Shown here: piece after piece, positions 23,301 through 31,350 of the stretch
Layout: each line of letters opens with the position of its first letter
Numbering within the stretch: the stretch's first letter is position 1
Source of the DNA: Horticoccus luteus
GTDB lineage: Bacteria > Verrucomicrobiota > Verrucomicrobiia > Opitutales > Opitutaceae
Assembly: GCF_019464535.1 (NCBI RefSeq)
Contig: NZ_CP080507.1
Location: 1,260,001 to 1,292,000 of the forward strand
Reading direction: 5' to 3'
DNA: 32,000 nucleotides
Translations under genes and position numbers: made by a program
The notes under the pieces: generated by a model
Database searches by the model: none
What the model saw: only the letters and a program-made list of their open reading frames with translations
Told to the model about the DNA's origin: nothing

Positions 23301-24416
23301 GCGCTGGCCAACGCAATTTACACCGCGCGGTTCTTCACGGTGAGTGTGTTTCCCGCCAGTGCGGCGATTGCGCCCGGAGGGGGCTTGATCCTAACCGCAG
23401 AGGTGAGTGGTGCGTCATCCTTTTCGTATCAATGGTATCGCAACGGCGTGCCTTTGGCCGGAGCCGTGCAACCGGCGCTCTCCTTAAGCGCGATGAGTGC
23501 GGCCCAGACTGGAAATTACCATGTGGTGGTGGCCAATCAGGAGCTGTCAGTGGCGAGTGCGGCAGTGCGCGTGACGATGGGCGGCACCGCATCGCGGCTG
23601 GCAAATATCTCGACCCGCGGCCGGGTGGCAGCGGGTGACCAAGTGATGATTGTCGGGTTCGTGGTATCCGGCGGCACCGCCAAGCCGATGTTGGTGCGGG
23701 CGGCGGGGCCGGCGCTGGCGAGCGCGGCGGGGCTGGCGGGGACGCTCAGCGCGTCGCAACTCGAGTTGCGGACGGGAAACACGTTGCTCGGCGCCAACCA
23801 ACGCTGGGGCGAAAACGCCAATCTGTCCGCGTTGGTGACGGCCAGCACGGTAACGGGGGCGTTCGCGTTTGCCGGGGGCAGTGCGGATTCCGCGTTGCTG
23901 CAAACGCTCGACGCCGGCGTTTACACCGGTGTGGCGGGCGGCGTGAACGGTGAGAGCGGGCTCGCGCTGGTCGAGGTGTACGACGGCGACATCGCGAACG
24001 GCGGGCGCGTGATGAATTTATCGACGAGGGGCTTTGTCGGAGGGGGCGCGCAGCAGTTGATCGCAGGCTTTGTTGTGACTGGAGCCGCCGCGAAGCAGGT
24101 GTTGATCCGGGCGGTGGGACCGGGGCTGGCGGTGGCGGGCGGTTTCGTGAACGGGATGGTGCGCGATCCGCGCTTGGAGCTGGTGGCGGTGTCGGGGCTG
24201 CCGTTGCGGACCAACGACGATTGGGGAAGTGCACCGGAGGCGGCGTTGATGCCGGCGGCGGCGGCGCGGGTGGGGGCATTTCCGCTCGCGACGGGGAGCG
24301 CGGATGCGGCACTCATCGCCAATCTCGCGCCGGGCGTTTACACGGTGCTGGTAAGTGGAGCCTCGGCGAGCGACACGGGACTCGCGTTGGTGGAGGTGTA
24401 TGATCTGGATCCGTGA
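20340..24416 (+). CDS. 1358-aa exported mosaic protein: Ig-like (Big_7-type) repeats, DUF4214-like repeats, one I-set-like Ig domain and two tandem C-terminal domains of unknown function
   Basis: It starts 18 nt after the secretin stop. The N-terminal signal peptide has either an SPase I site (ARA-GS) or a lipobox-like LAIAC (Cys23). At least five about 100-aa repeats carry the Big_7-like signature (x-V-x-F..DG..L......PY...W.P...G.Y.L.A.A.D..GN...S..V.V.V). DUF4214-like FVSQTYQDLVGRVPT and ASQLYQRTYGRAPT are present, and the I-set pattern is YQWYRNGVPLAG...TGNYHVVVAN. The C-terminal duplication spans 23592-24413. There is no PEP-CTERM, LPXTG or terminal TM segment. Confidence 0.85.
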   Translation: MKTNSSGLKLPAWTAVLVLAIACQVARAGSVTLTSVDTTLNSESRNTLVEAESKYEHDLASASPITVHFDWENASGTTSFELLENGIRRARISAAQPFGSGSLSYTPKLPGVVQLTVKMVSEGSTVASSETLNVRIYGTAMDPALDDEALPYTSAIYLHADALVKSDTVAKTEFWAAVDRRHTGAPIGGSFTLTLNGETTAAIPADADETAVQQALENVPSVGAGNVVVAKMSPPTSLPGSKFRTFIVQFRGSLAHTPRTLMTGDGSNLSYELAPAGTVQTLSVYRVQAGSATPTELNEVQVVCLVGEQGLITTDSNAPYALLWSPETTLNDASFPFRSDSSVEIFARAITAKGAVSASDPIAIYAIPAIPSPQGVLTVEINASNLQELPGNNRIVAATTPVKLTAEAKDAAGIGRIVQSVQFFLDGVALAPVSAAFPYQADWTPKIAGTYVLTAIAIDDKNNRIVSAPMFINVTDNRPYVRIVNPMAAAGSPLTIPSGAEITFTAITAGATGDPATTGVIFSVDGQPINGTGAGGIFTATWSPANIGATPKSYQISASVSDSNSTTNISDTAFVTVLPQTFVGASPSVSVQFPTAGGITSNSLVNLAAFANDSDGEVVAVRFYANGVPLGFATRDQQSSSWRLAYQVGRYGLGDYSIVAQAIDNVGNSKVSSPAVRVTVTESTAVAPTVMLAASTREVTQGGSVVLSATAAVAGTVAQVEYFANGISLGVMLSAGPMTWTPSTPANYSVYAVVTDQSGNVAVSPAVTVSVQAGYSVATNEAFVSQTYQDLVGRVPTSAELAAAAQISGGTLTRAQFVANVVSGGGFAYTFQATLAYRAVIGDWPGYSDYLAGAAALSTGTTLADFTGTLLSSAAYLARNGSLPDLTTVTSGQYARVSAFASQLYQRTYGRAPTLIEVQAFLSDINTLGVNAAVANFLTTKFITQSDAGVTARVRAAALVAGLWREGASDAQVAALSSGSTTAAADSALANAIYTARFFTVSVFPASAAIAPGGGLILTAEVSGASSFSYQWYRNGVPLAGAVQPALSLSAMSAAQTGNYHVVVANQELSVASAAVRVTMGGTASRLANISTRGRVAAGDQVMIVGFVVSGGTAKPMLVRAAGPALASAAGLAGTLSASQLELRTGNTLLGANQRWGENANLSALVTASTVTGAFAFAGGSADSALLQTLDAGVYTGVAGGVNGESGLALVEVYDGDIANGGRVMNLSTRGFVGGGAQQLIAGFVVTGAAAKQVLIRAVGPGLAVAGGFVNGMVRDPRLELVAVSGLPLRTNDDWGSAPEAALMPAAAARVGAFPLATGSADAALIANLAPGVYTVLVSGASASDTGLALVEVYDLDP

Positions 24417-24664
24417 GGGGATGTCCGCGGGAGGTTGGCACTGTTGGCGACAGACCGAAGTGCTCTGCGCCAAGGGCTCGACCGGCTCTCGATGATACGT
24501 CCCCGCTTGGCTGAAAGCAGCCGAGGACGAGAAAGATTGCCGATGCCGGTCGCCGGGCTCGATGCGGAGGCGGTGGACGGGGCTCCTGTGCGCCTACACG
24601 CGAGCGGGACTTTGGGGCGAGTGTTTACTTGTCACGCGCGGAGCGGGGTTCATTTACGTGTCGG

Positions 24665-26269
24665 ATGAAATACATCTTCGTGACGGGCGGAGTGGTTTCG
24701 TCGCTGGGGAAAGGCCTCACAGCGGCGTCGTTGGGTGCGCTGCTGGAGCTGCGCGGCCTGACCGTCCGCATCCAGAAGTTCGACCCTTATCTCAACGTCG
24801 ATCCCGGCACGATGAGCCCGTTTCAACATGGCGAGGTCTATGTCCTCGAAGATGGCGCGGAGACCGACCTCGATCTCGGTCATTACGAACGGTTTACCAG
24901 CGGCAAGTTGTCCAAGGTGAACAGCCTGTCGTCGGGTCAGATTTACGAGAGCGTCATTCAGAAAGAGCGGCGGGGCGATTACCTGGGCAAGACGGTGCAG
25001 GTGATCCCGCACGTGACGAACGAGATCAAGCAGCGCATTTATTCCGCGGGGAAGGACGTCGACGTGCTGATCACTGAGATCGGTGGCACGACGGGCGACA
25101 TCGAGGGCCTGCCGTTTCTGGAGGCGATGCGGCAGTTCGCGCTCGAGGTGGGGGTGCACGACGTGATCTTCATTCACGTAACGCTGGTGCCATTTCTCAA
25201 GGCGGCGGGGGAGTTGAAGACGAAGCCGACGCAGCAATCGGTGGCGAAGTTGCGCGAGATCGGCATTCAGCCGCACGCGTTGGTGTGTCGCACGGATCAT
25301 CCGCTCGATGCGGATTTGCGGGAAAAGCTTTCGATGTTCTGCAACGTGCCGGTGAAGGCGGTCATCGAGTGCGCCGACGTGGCCAACTCGATTTACGAGC
25401 TGCCGCTCGCGTTGCAAAAAGAGAAACTCGACGAGCTGGTGATCGAGTTGTTCGGTTTGAAACTGCCGCCGCCGAAGGAGAATATCTGGGTGGAGATCGT
25501 GCGCCGCTTGCTGAGCCCGAAGCACGAGGTGACGATCGGCGTGGTGGGCAAATACATCGAGCTGCAGGATGCGTATAAATCCGTTTACGAGTCGGTGACG
25601 CACGCGGGCATCGCGAACAACTGCAAGGTGAACATCCGCCGCATCGACGCGGAGGATTTGGAAAAGAAGAACGGCCTCACGGCGCTGAAGGATCTCGACG
25701 GCATTCTGGTGCCGGGCGGCTTTGGCGATCGTGGCACGGAAGGCAAGATCGCAGCGGCGAAGTATGCGCGGGAAAAGAAGATCCCTTATTACGGTTTGTG
25801 CCTGGGGTTGCAGATCGCGGTGATCGAGTTCGCGCGCGATGTGTTGAAGATGCCCGGCGCGAACAGCACGGAATTTGAACCGGCGGCGGCGGATCCGGTG
25901 ATCAACATGATGGAGGAGCAGAAGGCCGTCACCGACAAGGGCGCGACGATGCGACTTGGGAGCTACGAATGCGCACTCACGCCGGGGACGCTGGCGGCGA
26001 AAGCTTACGGCAAGCCGAGCGTGCGCGAGCGGCACCGGCATCGCTTCGAGGTCAATAACGCCTACGTGGAACCGTTGAAGGCCGCCGGGATGGTGGTGAG
26101 TGGCGTGAACCCGAAACGAAACCTCGTGGAGATCATCGAGCTGAAGGATCACCCGTGGTTTCTAGCGGTGCAGTTTCACCCGGAGTTTCAATCCAAGCCG
26201 AACCAGGCGCATCCCTTGTTCGCGGCCTTCATCGGGGCCGCAATAAAGCAGGCGAAGCTGGTAAAATGA
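24665..26269 (+). CDS. pyrG: CTP synthase
   Basis: [18 protein letters not shown]-terminus, with the start moved to ATG 24665. The glutamine amidotransferase domain has GLCLGLQ (catalytic Cys) and HRHRFEVN. Length is 534 aa. Confidence 0.95.
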   Translation: MKYIFVTGGVVSSLGKGLTAASLGALLELRGLTVRIQKFDPYLNVDPGTMSPFQHGEVYVLEDGAETDLDLGHYERFTSGKLSKVNSLSSGQIYESVIQKERRGDYLGKTVQVIPHVTNEIKQRIYSAGKDVDVLITEIGGTTGDIEGLPFLEAMRQFALEVGVHDVIFIHVTLVPFLKAAGELKTKPTQQSVAKLREIGIQPHALVCRTDHPLDADLREKLSMFCNVPVKAVIECADVANSIYELPLALQKEKLDELVIELFGLKLPPPKENIWVEIVRRLLSPKHEVTIGVVGKYIELQDAYKSVYESVTHAGIANNCKVNIRRIDAEDLEKKNGLTALKDLDGILVPGGFGDRGTEGKIAAAKYAREKKIPYYGLCLGLQIAVIEFARDVLKMPGANSTEFEPAAADPVINMMEEQKAVTDKGATMRLGSYECALTPGTLAAKAYGKPSVRERHRHRFEVNNAYVEPLKAAGMVVSGVNPKRNLVEIIELKDHPWFLAVQFHPEFQSKPNQAHPLFAAFIGAAIKQAKLVK

Positions 26270-27111
26270 ATAAACTCTTTCACGTTGAAGACAGCATGAT
26301 TTTCACCCCGTCACGCCTGCTGGTCATCGCCGGTCCCTGCTCGTTGGAAAGTGAAGCGGTGTGCCGGTCGGTGGCAGAGGCGCTGGTGAAACTGCGACTG
26401 CAATGGCCGGAGCTGAACCTCGTGTTCAAGGGGTCGTTCGACAAAGCGAACCGCACGTCGATGAGCGGGGCGCGCGGCACGGGTTTGCACGAAGGGCTGG
26501 GGTTGCTGCAGAAAGTGCGCCGCGATTACGGGTTTCCGGTGCTGACGGACGTGCACGAGCGCCAGCAAATCGCGTCTGTCGCGGATATTTGCGATATCCT
26601 GCAGATCCCGGCGTTTCTGTGCCGGCAGACGGATTTGCTGCTGGCGGCGGCGGCGACGCGGCGGTGCGTGAATGTGAAGAAAGGGCAGTTTCTTTCGCCG
26701 CAGGAGATGGCGTTTGTGACGGGCAAACTGAAGCAGGGCGGCGCGAAGGAAATTTGGCAGACGGAGCGCGGCACGACATTCGGCTATCAGAACCTCGTCG
26801 TGGACATGCGCAGCTTCGCCATCATGCGGCAGACGGGTTATCCGACGGTGTTTGATGCGACGCACAGTGTGCAGCTGCCGGGTGCCGCGGGCGGCAAGAG
26901 TGGCGGGCAGCGGGAGTTCGTCGGGCCGCTGGCGCAAGCGGCGGTGGCGGCGGGAGCGGAGGGCCTTTTTATCGAGACGCATCCGGACCCCGACAACGCG
27001 ATCAGCGACGGGCCGAACATGGTGGCGCTGGCTGATCTGCCGGCGTTGCTGGAGCGATGCCTCGCGGTGTGGCGCGCCGTGGGCGGCGGCAAGGCGAAGG
27101 CGGCGGAATAG
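26266..27111 (+). CDS. kdsA: 3-deoxy-8-phosphooctulonate (KDO-8-P) synthase
   Basis: ATG 26266 overlaps the pyrG TGA (ATGA). Motifs seen are [30 protein letters not shown] and [10 protein letters not shown]. Length is 281 aa. Confidence 0.95.
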   Translation: MNKLFHVEDSMIFTPSRLLVIAGPCSLESEAVCRSVAEALVKLRLQWPELNLVFKGSFDKANRTSMSGARGTGLHEGLGLLQKVRRDYGFPVLTDVHERQQIASVADICDILQIPAFLCRQTDLLLAAAATRRCVNVKKGQFLSPQEMAFVTGKLKQGGAKEIWQTERGTTFGYQNLVVDMRSFAIMRQTGYPTVFDATHSVQLPGAAGGKSGGQREFVGPLAQAAVAAGAEGLFIETHPDPDNAISDGPNMVALADLPALLERCLAVWRAVGGGKAKAAE

Positions 27112-27164
27112 CGAAACGCGCGAACTCGCGCGGTGAAGGACGCGCCTGCGAATCAGGCAGCGAC

Positions 27165-27191
27165 AAAAAGCCGCCCGGGGCGGGGCGGCTT
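27165..27191 (-). terminator. Rho-independent terminator downstream of sodA; the hairpin may also stop convergent kdsA transcription
   Basis: 9-bp stem AAGCCGCCC (27168-27176) / GGGCGGCTT (27183-27191) with a 6-nt loop. On the minus strand a U-run follows it (plus-strand A5 at 27165-27169). It lies 29 nt beyond the sodA stop. Confidence 0.6.
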
Positions 27192-27219
27192 GGAGAAATG
27201 TGAAACGGCGGGCGGTCGC

Positions 27220-27846
<627 letters not shown>

Positions 27847-27943
27847 GATTGTGAGTGGTTGAATTAAACCAGAGAGAAGAGCGAACGTGCAGCGGGCACC
27901 CGGCTCCGTCAACCCCCGGACGCAGAAAGACAAGCGCAGCGGA

Positions 27944-28474
27944 TCAAACGTCGGGAGCGTCGCGCTTGGCGCGGAAGAATGCCTGCAGGAGAGTGCGACA
28001 CTCGTCCTCAAGGACACCGCCGGCGGTGAGCTCAAGGTGATGGTTGACGCGCGGAAGATCGTTGAGATTGGTGGCGCCGCCGAGGCAGCCCATTTTGGGA
28101 TCTGGGACGGCGTAGCAGACGCGTTTCACGCGCGACATGAGCATCGCGCCGGAGCACATGGGGCAGGGCTCCTTGGTGACGTAAACGGTGGCGCCTTCGA
28201 GGCGCCAGTCGCCGAGATGAGCGGCGGCCTGAGTGACGGCGAGCATCTCGGCGTGGGCGGTGGGATCGTGCGCGCCCTCGACGGTGTTGTGCGCGGAGGC
28301 GACCACTTCGCCGCCGATTTCGATGACGGCGCCGATGGGGACTTCGTCGAGCCGCCAAGCGTCGATGGCTTGGTTGTAAGCGAGGCTCATGAAGAAGGTG
28401 TCGTCGCGTCGGAGTTGGGACGGAAAACGTTTATCGAACGGACACGGAGGCGGGGGCGGAGGCGACGAGACCAT
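27944..28474 (-). CDS. tadA: tRNA adenosine(34) deaminase
   Basis: CMP/dCMP-type zinc-binding motifs HAEMLA and PCPMCSGA. The TadA-like N-terminal helix is [14 protein letters not shown]. The first 15 residues include an unusual Pro6 run ([13 protein letters not shown]), so the exact start is uncertain. Confidence 0.9.
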   Translation of the reverse strand: MVSSPPPPPPCPFDKRFPSQLRRDDTFFMSLAYNQAIDAWRLDEVPIGAVIEIGGEVVASAHNTVEGAHDPTAHAEMLAVTQAAAHLGDWRLEGATVYVTKEPCPMCSGAMLMSRVKRVCYAVPDPKMGCLGGATNLNDLPRVNHHLELTAGGVLEDECRTLLQAFFRAKRDAPDV

Positions 28475-28593
28475 GGGTGCGAACAGGGAAAACCTTGACT
28501 AAAGAGCGGCGTTTCGGCCTTACAAGGGCACTTTTATCTCCACCACTGCGCATGAATCAACCTACCCGCGGCTCTGCCGTTCTCTGAGTTTAT

Positions 28594-28854
28594 ATGTCTG
28601 ACGGCAAATCGATCGAAGTTGAAGGCAAAGTGATGGCGGTGCTTCCGGGCACCATGTTCAAAGTGGAGTTGGCGAACGGGCACGTGGTGCTCGCGCACAT
28701 TTCCGGGAAGTTGCGGAAGAACTTCATCAAGATCGCCGCGGGCGACACGGTGAAGATGGAGATGAGTCCTTACGATCACGAGAAGGCGCGCATCACGTTT
28801 CGGATGAAGGAGCAGAATCCCTTCAATCCGGGCCCGCGGCGCCGGCGTTACTGA
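28594..28854 (+). CDS. infA: Translation initiation factor IF-1
   Basis: S1-like OB fold sequence [54 protein letters not shown]. It is 86 aa, with a 14-residue basic C-terminal tail beyond the usual ~72 aa. Confidence 0.95.
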   Translation: MSDGKSIEVEGKVMAVLPGTMFKVELANGHVVLAHISGKLRKNFIKIAAGDTVKMEMSPYDHEKARITFRMKEQNPFNPGPRRRRY

Positions 28855-28865
28855 GGCGCGGGGCG

Positions 28866-29810
28866 ATGAATCGCCGGGCAGAGGCGCGGCAAGACGAGAG
28901 CCGAGCACCGGCGGCGTTTGCGGAGGACACGCAGGCGTTTCTCAATTTTTTATCGCTGGAGCGCGGCCTCTCGCCCAACACGCGCGCGGGTTATCGCAAC
29001 GATCTCGATCAGTGCGCGGTGTTTCTTGCGCGGCGCGGGGCGAGCGATTGGCGGCAGGTGCCGCCGGGAGACGTCGAGGCGTGGATCCATTCGCTCGGCG
29101 CAGGCTATGCGGCGAGCAGTCTCGCGCGGAAGCTGACGGCGCTGCGCATGCTGGCGAGGTATCTCGTGAGCGAGAAGTGGCGCGCGGATAATTTCACGGC
29201 GTTGCTCTCGGCGCCGAAGCTGGCGCGGCGAATTCCGTCGACGCTCACGGGCGATGAAGTGTCGCGTTTACTGGCGGCGCCCGTGGCGGGAGACGCGCGT
29301 GGGTTGCGCGACCGCGCGATTCTGGAATTGTTTTATTCGAGCGGACTGCGGGTGTCGGAGCTCGCGGCGGTGACGATCCAGCAGGTGGACTGGGAAAATG
29401 GTTTCTTGCGCGTCTTTGGCAAAGGATCGAAGGAGCGCGTGGTGCCGATGGGCGGAAAGGCGAGCGACGCGATCCGGGTGTATCTGGAAGCGGGCCGGCC
29501 GGCGCTGGTGAAGGCGCGCACGGGGAGTCAGCTTTTTCTCAACAAGAATGGCACGGCGCTTTCCCGCGTGGCGTTGTGGATGCTGGTGAAAAAATACGCG
29601 GAACGGGCGGGCATCACGAAGAAGGTGAAGCCGCACGGGCTGCGCCATTCGTTCGCCACGCACCTGCTCGGCGGCGGCGCGGATTTGCGCGCGATCCAGG
29701 AAATGCTCGGTCACGCGAACATCGCGACGACGCAGATCTACACGGCGGTGGAGCAAAAGCGGTTGCTCGCGCATCACGCAAAGTTTCACCCGCGCAATCG
29801 CGCGGGTTGA
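28866..29810 (+). CDS. xerD: Site-specific tyrosine recombinase, XerD-like
   Basis: N-terminal SAM-like domain FLNFLSLERGLSPNTRAGYRNDLDQCAVFL. The catalytic region has R (LYSSGLRVSEL), HGLRHSFATHLL and GHANIATTQIYT (RHRY tetrad context). It starts 11 nt after infA. Confidence 0.75.
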   Translation: MNRRAEARQDESRAPAAFAEDTQAFLNFLSLERGLSPNTRAGYRNDLDQCAVFLARRGASDWRQVPPGDVEAWIHSLGAGYAASSLARKLTALRMLARYLVSEKWRADNFTALLSAPKLARRIPSTLTGDEVSRLLAAPVAGDARGLRDRAILELFYSSGLRVSELAAVTIQQVDWENGFLRVFGKGSKERVVPMGGKASDAIRVYLEAGRPALVKARTGSQLFLNKNGTALSRVALWMLVKKYAERAGITKKVKPHGLRHSFATHLLGGGADLRAIQEMLGHANIATTQIYTAVEQKRLLAHHAKFHPRNRAG

Positions 29811-29834
29811 GCGGCGCGACGTGATGACGTCGAA

Positions 29835-29856
29835 GCTCCTCCAGCGAAGGAGGAGC
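29835..29856 (+). terminator. Stem-loop downstream of xerD (candidate terminator, weak U tail)
   Basis: Perfect 8-bp stem GCTCCTCC (29835-29842) / GGAGGAGC (29849-29856) with loop agcgaa, followed by GTTCTGG. It lies 25 nt after the xerD stop. Confidence 0.4.
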
Positions 29857-30016
29857 GTTCTGGGGCGAGGGCGTGCGCTCCCCGGACCACGAGCCGCGGT
29901 TCCGCGAAGTTGCCGGACTATGGAACCACCGGACCCAGAGGTTCGGCGGGCAACCGCGTCACCGTTTCGCAAATGCGGGCTTCCGGTGGGGCGGTAGAAT
30001 GCGTAAAGCTCGACGC

Positions 30017-30850
30017 ATGACCGAACAGCAGACGCATGAGGACAACGTCCGCGCGAGCGCGGAGAAAATTCGCGCGGCGGCAGGCACCCTCGCGCCGAAA
30101 CTCGCCCTCGTGCTGGGCTCGGGGTTGGGCGGACTGGCGGCGAGGGTCGAGGCGGCGGTGTCGATTCCGTATCGCGAACTGCCAGGCTTCCCCGTGCCGA
30201 CGGTGGCGGGGCACGCAGGCACGCTCTCGATCGGCCGACTCAATGGGGTGCCGGTCATCGTGCTCAACGGGCGGAAGCATTTCTACGAGACGAACGATCC
30301 GTATCCGTTGCGCACGATGGTGCGGGCGGTGAAGGCGGCGGGGGCGGAGACGCTTTTTCTATCCAATGCGGCCGGCAGCCTGCGCGCTCACATCAAGGTG
30401 AGCGAACTCATGCTCATCACGGATCACATCAATTTTCTCGGACTCAATCCGCTCACGGGGCCGAATGATGAAGCGTTTGGTCCGCGGTTCACACCGGTGA
30501 CGGACGCGTGGGATCCTGAACTCGCCGCGCGCGTGAAGGCGGTGGCGTGTGAGCAGGGGATCACGTTGCACGAGGGCGTCTATGTGGCGTTTCGCGGGCC
30601 GACGTTTGAGACGCCCGCGGAGATCCGCATGGCGCAGGGCTGGGGCGCGGATGCGGTGGGGATGTCGAGCGTGCCCGAGTGTCTGATCGCGCGGCACTGC
30701 GGGCTGAAAGTCGTGGGCGTGTCGTGCATCACGAACATGGGCGCGGGCCTGTCGGATGAAAAACTCTCGCACGCGCACACGCTCAAAAACGCCGCGCACG
30801 GCGCGGGCGACTTCGAGCGTCTGGTGTTGGCGGCGGTGAAGGTGCTGTAA
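30017..30850 (+). CDS. punA: Purine nucleoside phosphorylase (trimeric PNP / PunA family)
   Basis: Motifs seen are LVLGSGLGGLA, VAGHAGTL, NGRKHFYE, GPRF, GPTFETPAEIR and GMSSVPE. The start is set at ATG 30017; ATG 29999 is also possible. The track's longer N-terminal extension is Arg-rich and was rejected. Confidence 0.9.
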   Translation: MTEQQTHEDNVRASAEKIRAAAGTLAPKLALVLGSGLGGLAARVEAAVSIPYRELPGFPVPTVAGHAGTLSIGRLNGVPVIVLNGRKHFYETNDPYPLRTMVRAVKAAGAETLFLSNAAGSLRAHIKVSELMLITDHINFLGLNPLTGPNDEAFGPRFTPVTDAWDPELAARVKAVACEQGITLHEGVYVAFRGPTFETPAEIRMAQGWGADAVGMSSVPECLIARHCGLKVVGVSCITNMGAGLSDEKLSHAHTLKNAAHGAGDFERLVLAAVKVL

Positions 30851-30857
30851 GGACCGG

Positions 30858-30878
30858 CGCCGCGCAGGCCGCGCGGCG
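30858..30878. terminator. GC-rich hairpin between convergent punA and a membrane-protein gene (candidate bidirectional terminator, no U tract)
   Basis: Perfect 8-bp stem CGCCGCGC (30858-30865) / GCGCGGCG (30871-30878) with a 5-nt loop. It fills most of the 29-nt gap between the two stop codons. Confidence 0.4.
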
Positions 30879-30879
30879 A

Positions 30880-31320
30880 TCAGCGTTTCACCGGCTTCGC
30901 GGTTGCACGACCGGCCTGGCTGACGGCGTGGGCGAACGAGCCGACGCCGAACAGCAGCAGCAGCGCGCCGATGGGGACCAGGACTACACCAAGGCCTGGA
31001 TCGCCTTCGTGCACAGTCACGCCGCCGAGCAGAAAGCCGATCGGCAAAAGGACGCTGCCCCAGAGGAGCGAGAGCGAGGCGGCGCGGGTGAAATTGATGC
31101 CGGCGACGGTGCGGAGCGTGAGGGCGACGGCAATGTTGACCACGGCGAAGAGCGTGCCGTGGGCATGCGCGAGCGTGAACATGAGCCGGCGCATCTCGTT
31201 GCTCACGTCGAGATACCAGCCGATTTTGAAACCGTGCAGCGTCTCGAGGACGACGCCGAGGGCGAGAAAGCTGAAGAGGGACCACCAGCCAAAGCGGAGA
31301 TGTCGGTCGGAGAAATTCAT
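30880..31320 (-). CDS. Small integral membrane protein (four predicted TM helices), function unknown
   Basis: 146 aa with an ATG start. Four hydrophobic stretches are present: WWSLFSFLALGVVLETL, LFAVVNIAVALTL, LSLLWGSVLLPIGFLLGGV and GVVLVPIGALLLLFGVGSF. It begins 30 nt downstream of the cytochrome gene on the same strand, and coding-like composition supports it over the overlapping Arg-rich shadows. Confidence 0.6.
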   Translation of the reverse strand: MNFSDRHLRFGWWSLFSFLALGVVLETLHGFKIGWYLDVSNEMRRLMFTLAHAHGTLFAVVNIAVALTLRTVAGINFTRAASLSLLWGSVLLPIGFLLGGVTVHEGDPGLGVVLVPIGALLLLFGVGSFAHAVSQAGRATAKPVKR

Positions 31321-31350
31321 GGGGAGCGAGAGCGGGCGAGGCGGCGGCGG

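Noticed and set aside
24300-24416. C-terminal sorting signal on the giant protein (PEP-CTERM, LPXTG, T9SS CTD, terminal TM helix)
   Set aside because: The protein ends ...GLALVEVYDLDP directly after the second copy of the repeated domain. There is no PEP motif, no hydrophobic helix and no basic tail.
24417-24664. 77-aa ORF (24435-24668) or a riboswitch/attenuator in the 248-nt pyrG leader
   Set aside because: The ORF has no coding-like composition and overlaps the pyrG start out of frame. I could not recognise any known riboswitch consensus or a convincing terminator/antiterminator pair by eye. This remains unresolved rather than positive.
24650-26152. 500-aa minus-strand ORF opposite pyrG
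   Set aside because: It is antisense to a textbook CTP synthase and has shadow-frame composition.
28866-29810. Tyrosine recombinase as a marker of a prophage or integrative element
   Set aside because: The sequence has the XerD-type N-terminal and catalytic signatures. It sits between infA and punA. I saw no flanking phage or conjugation genes, tRNA target or direct repeats, so it is most likely the chromosomal dimer-resolution recombinase.
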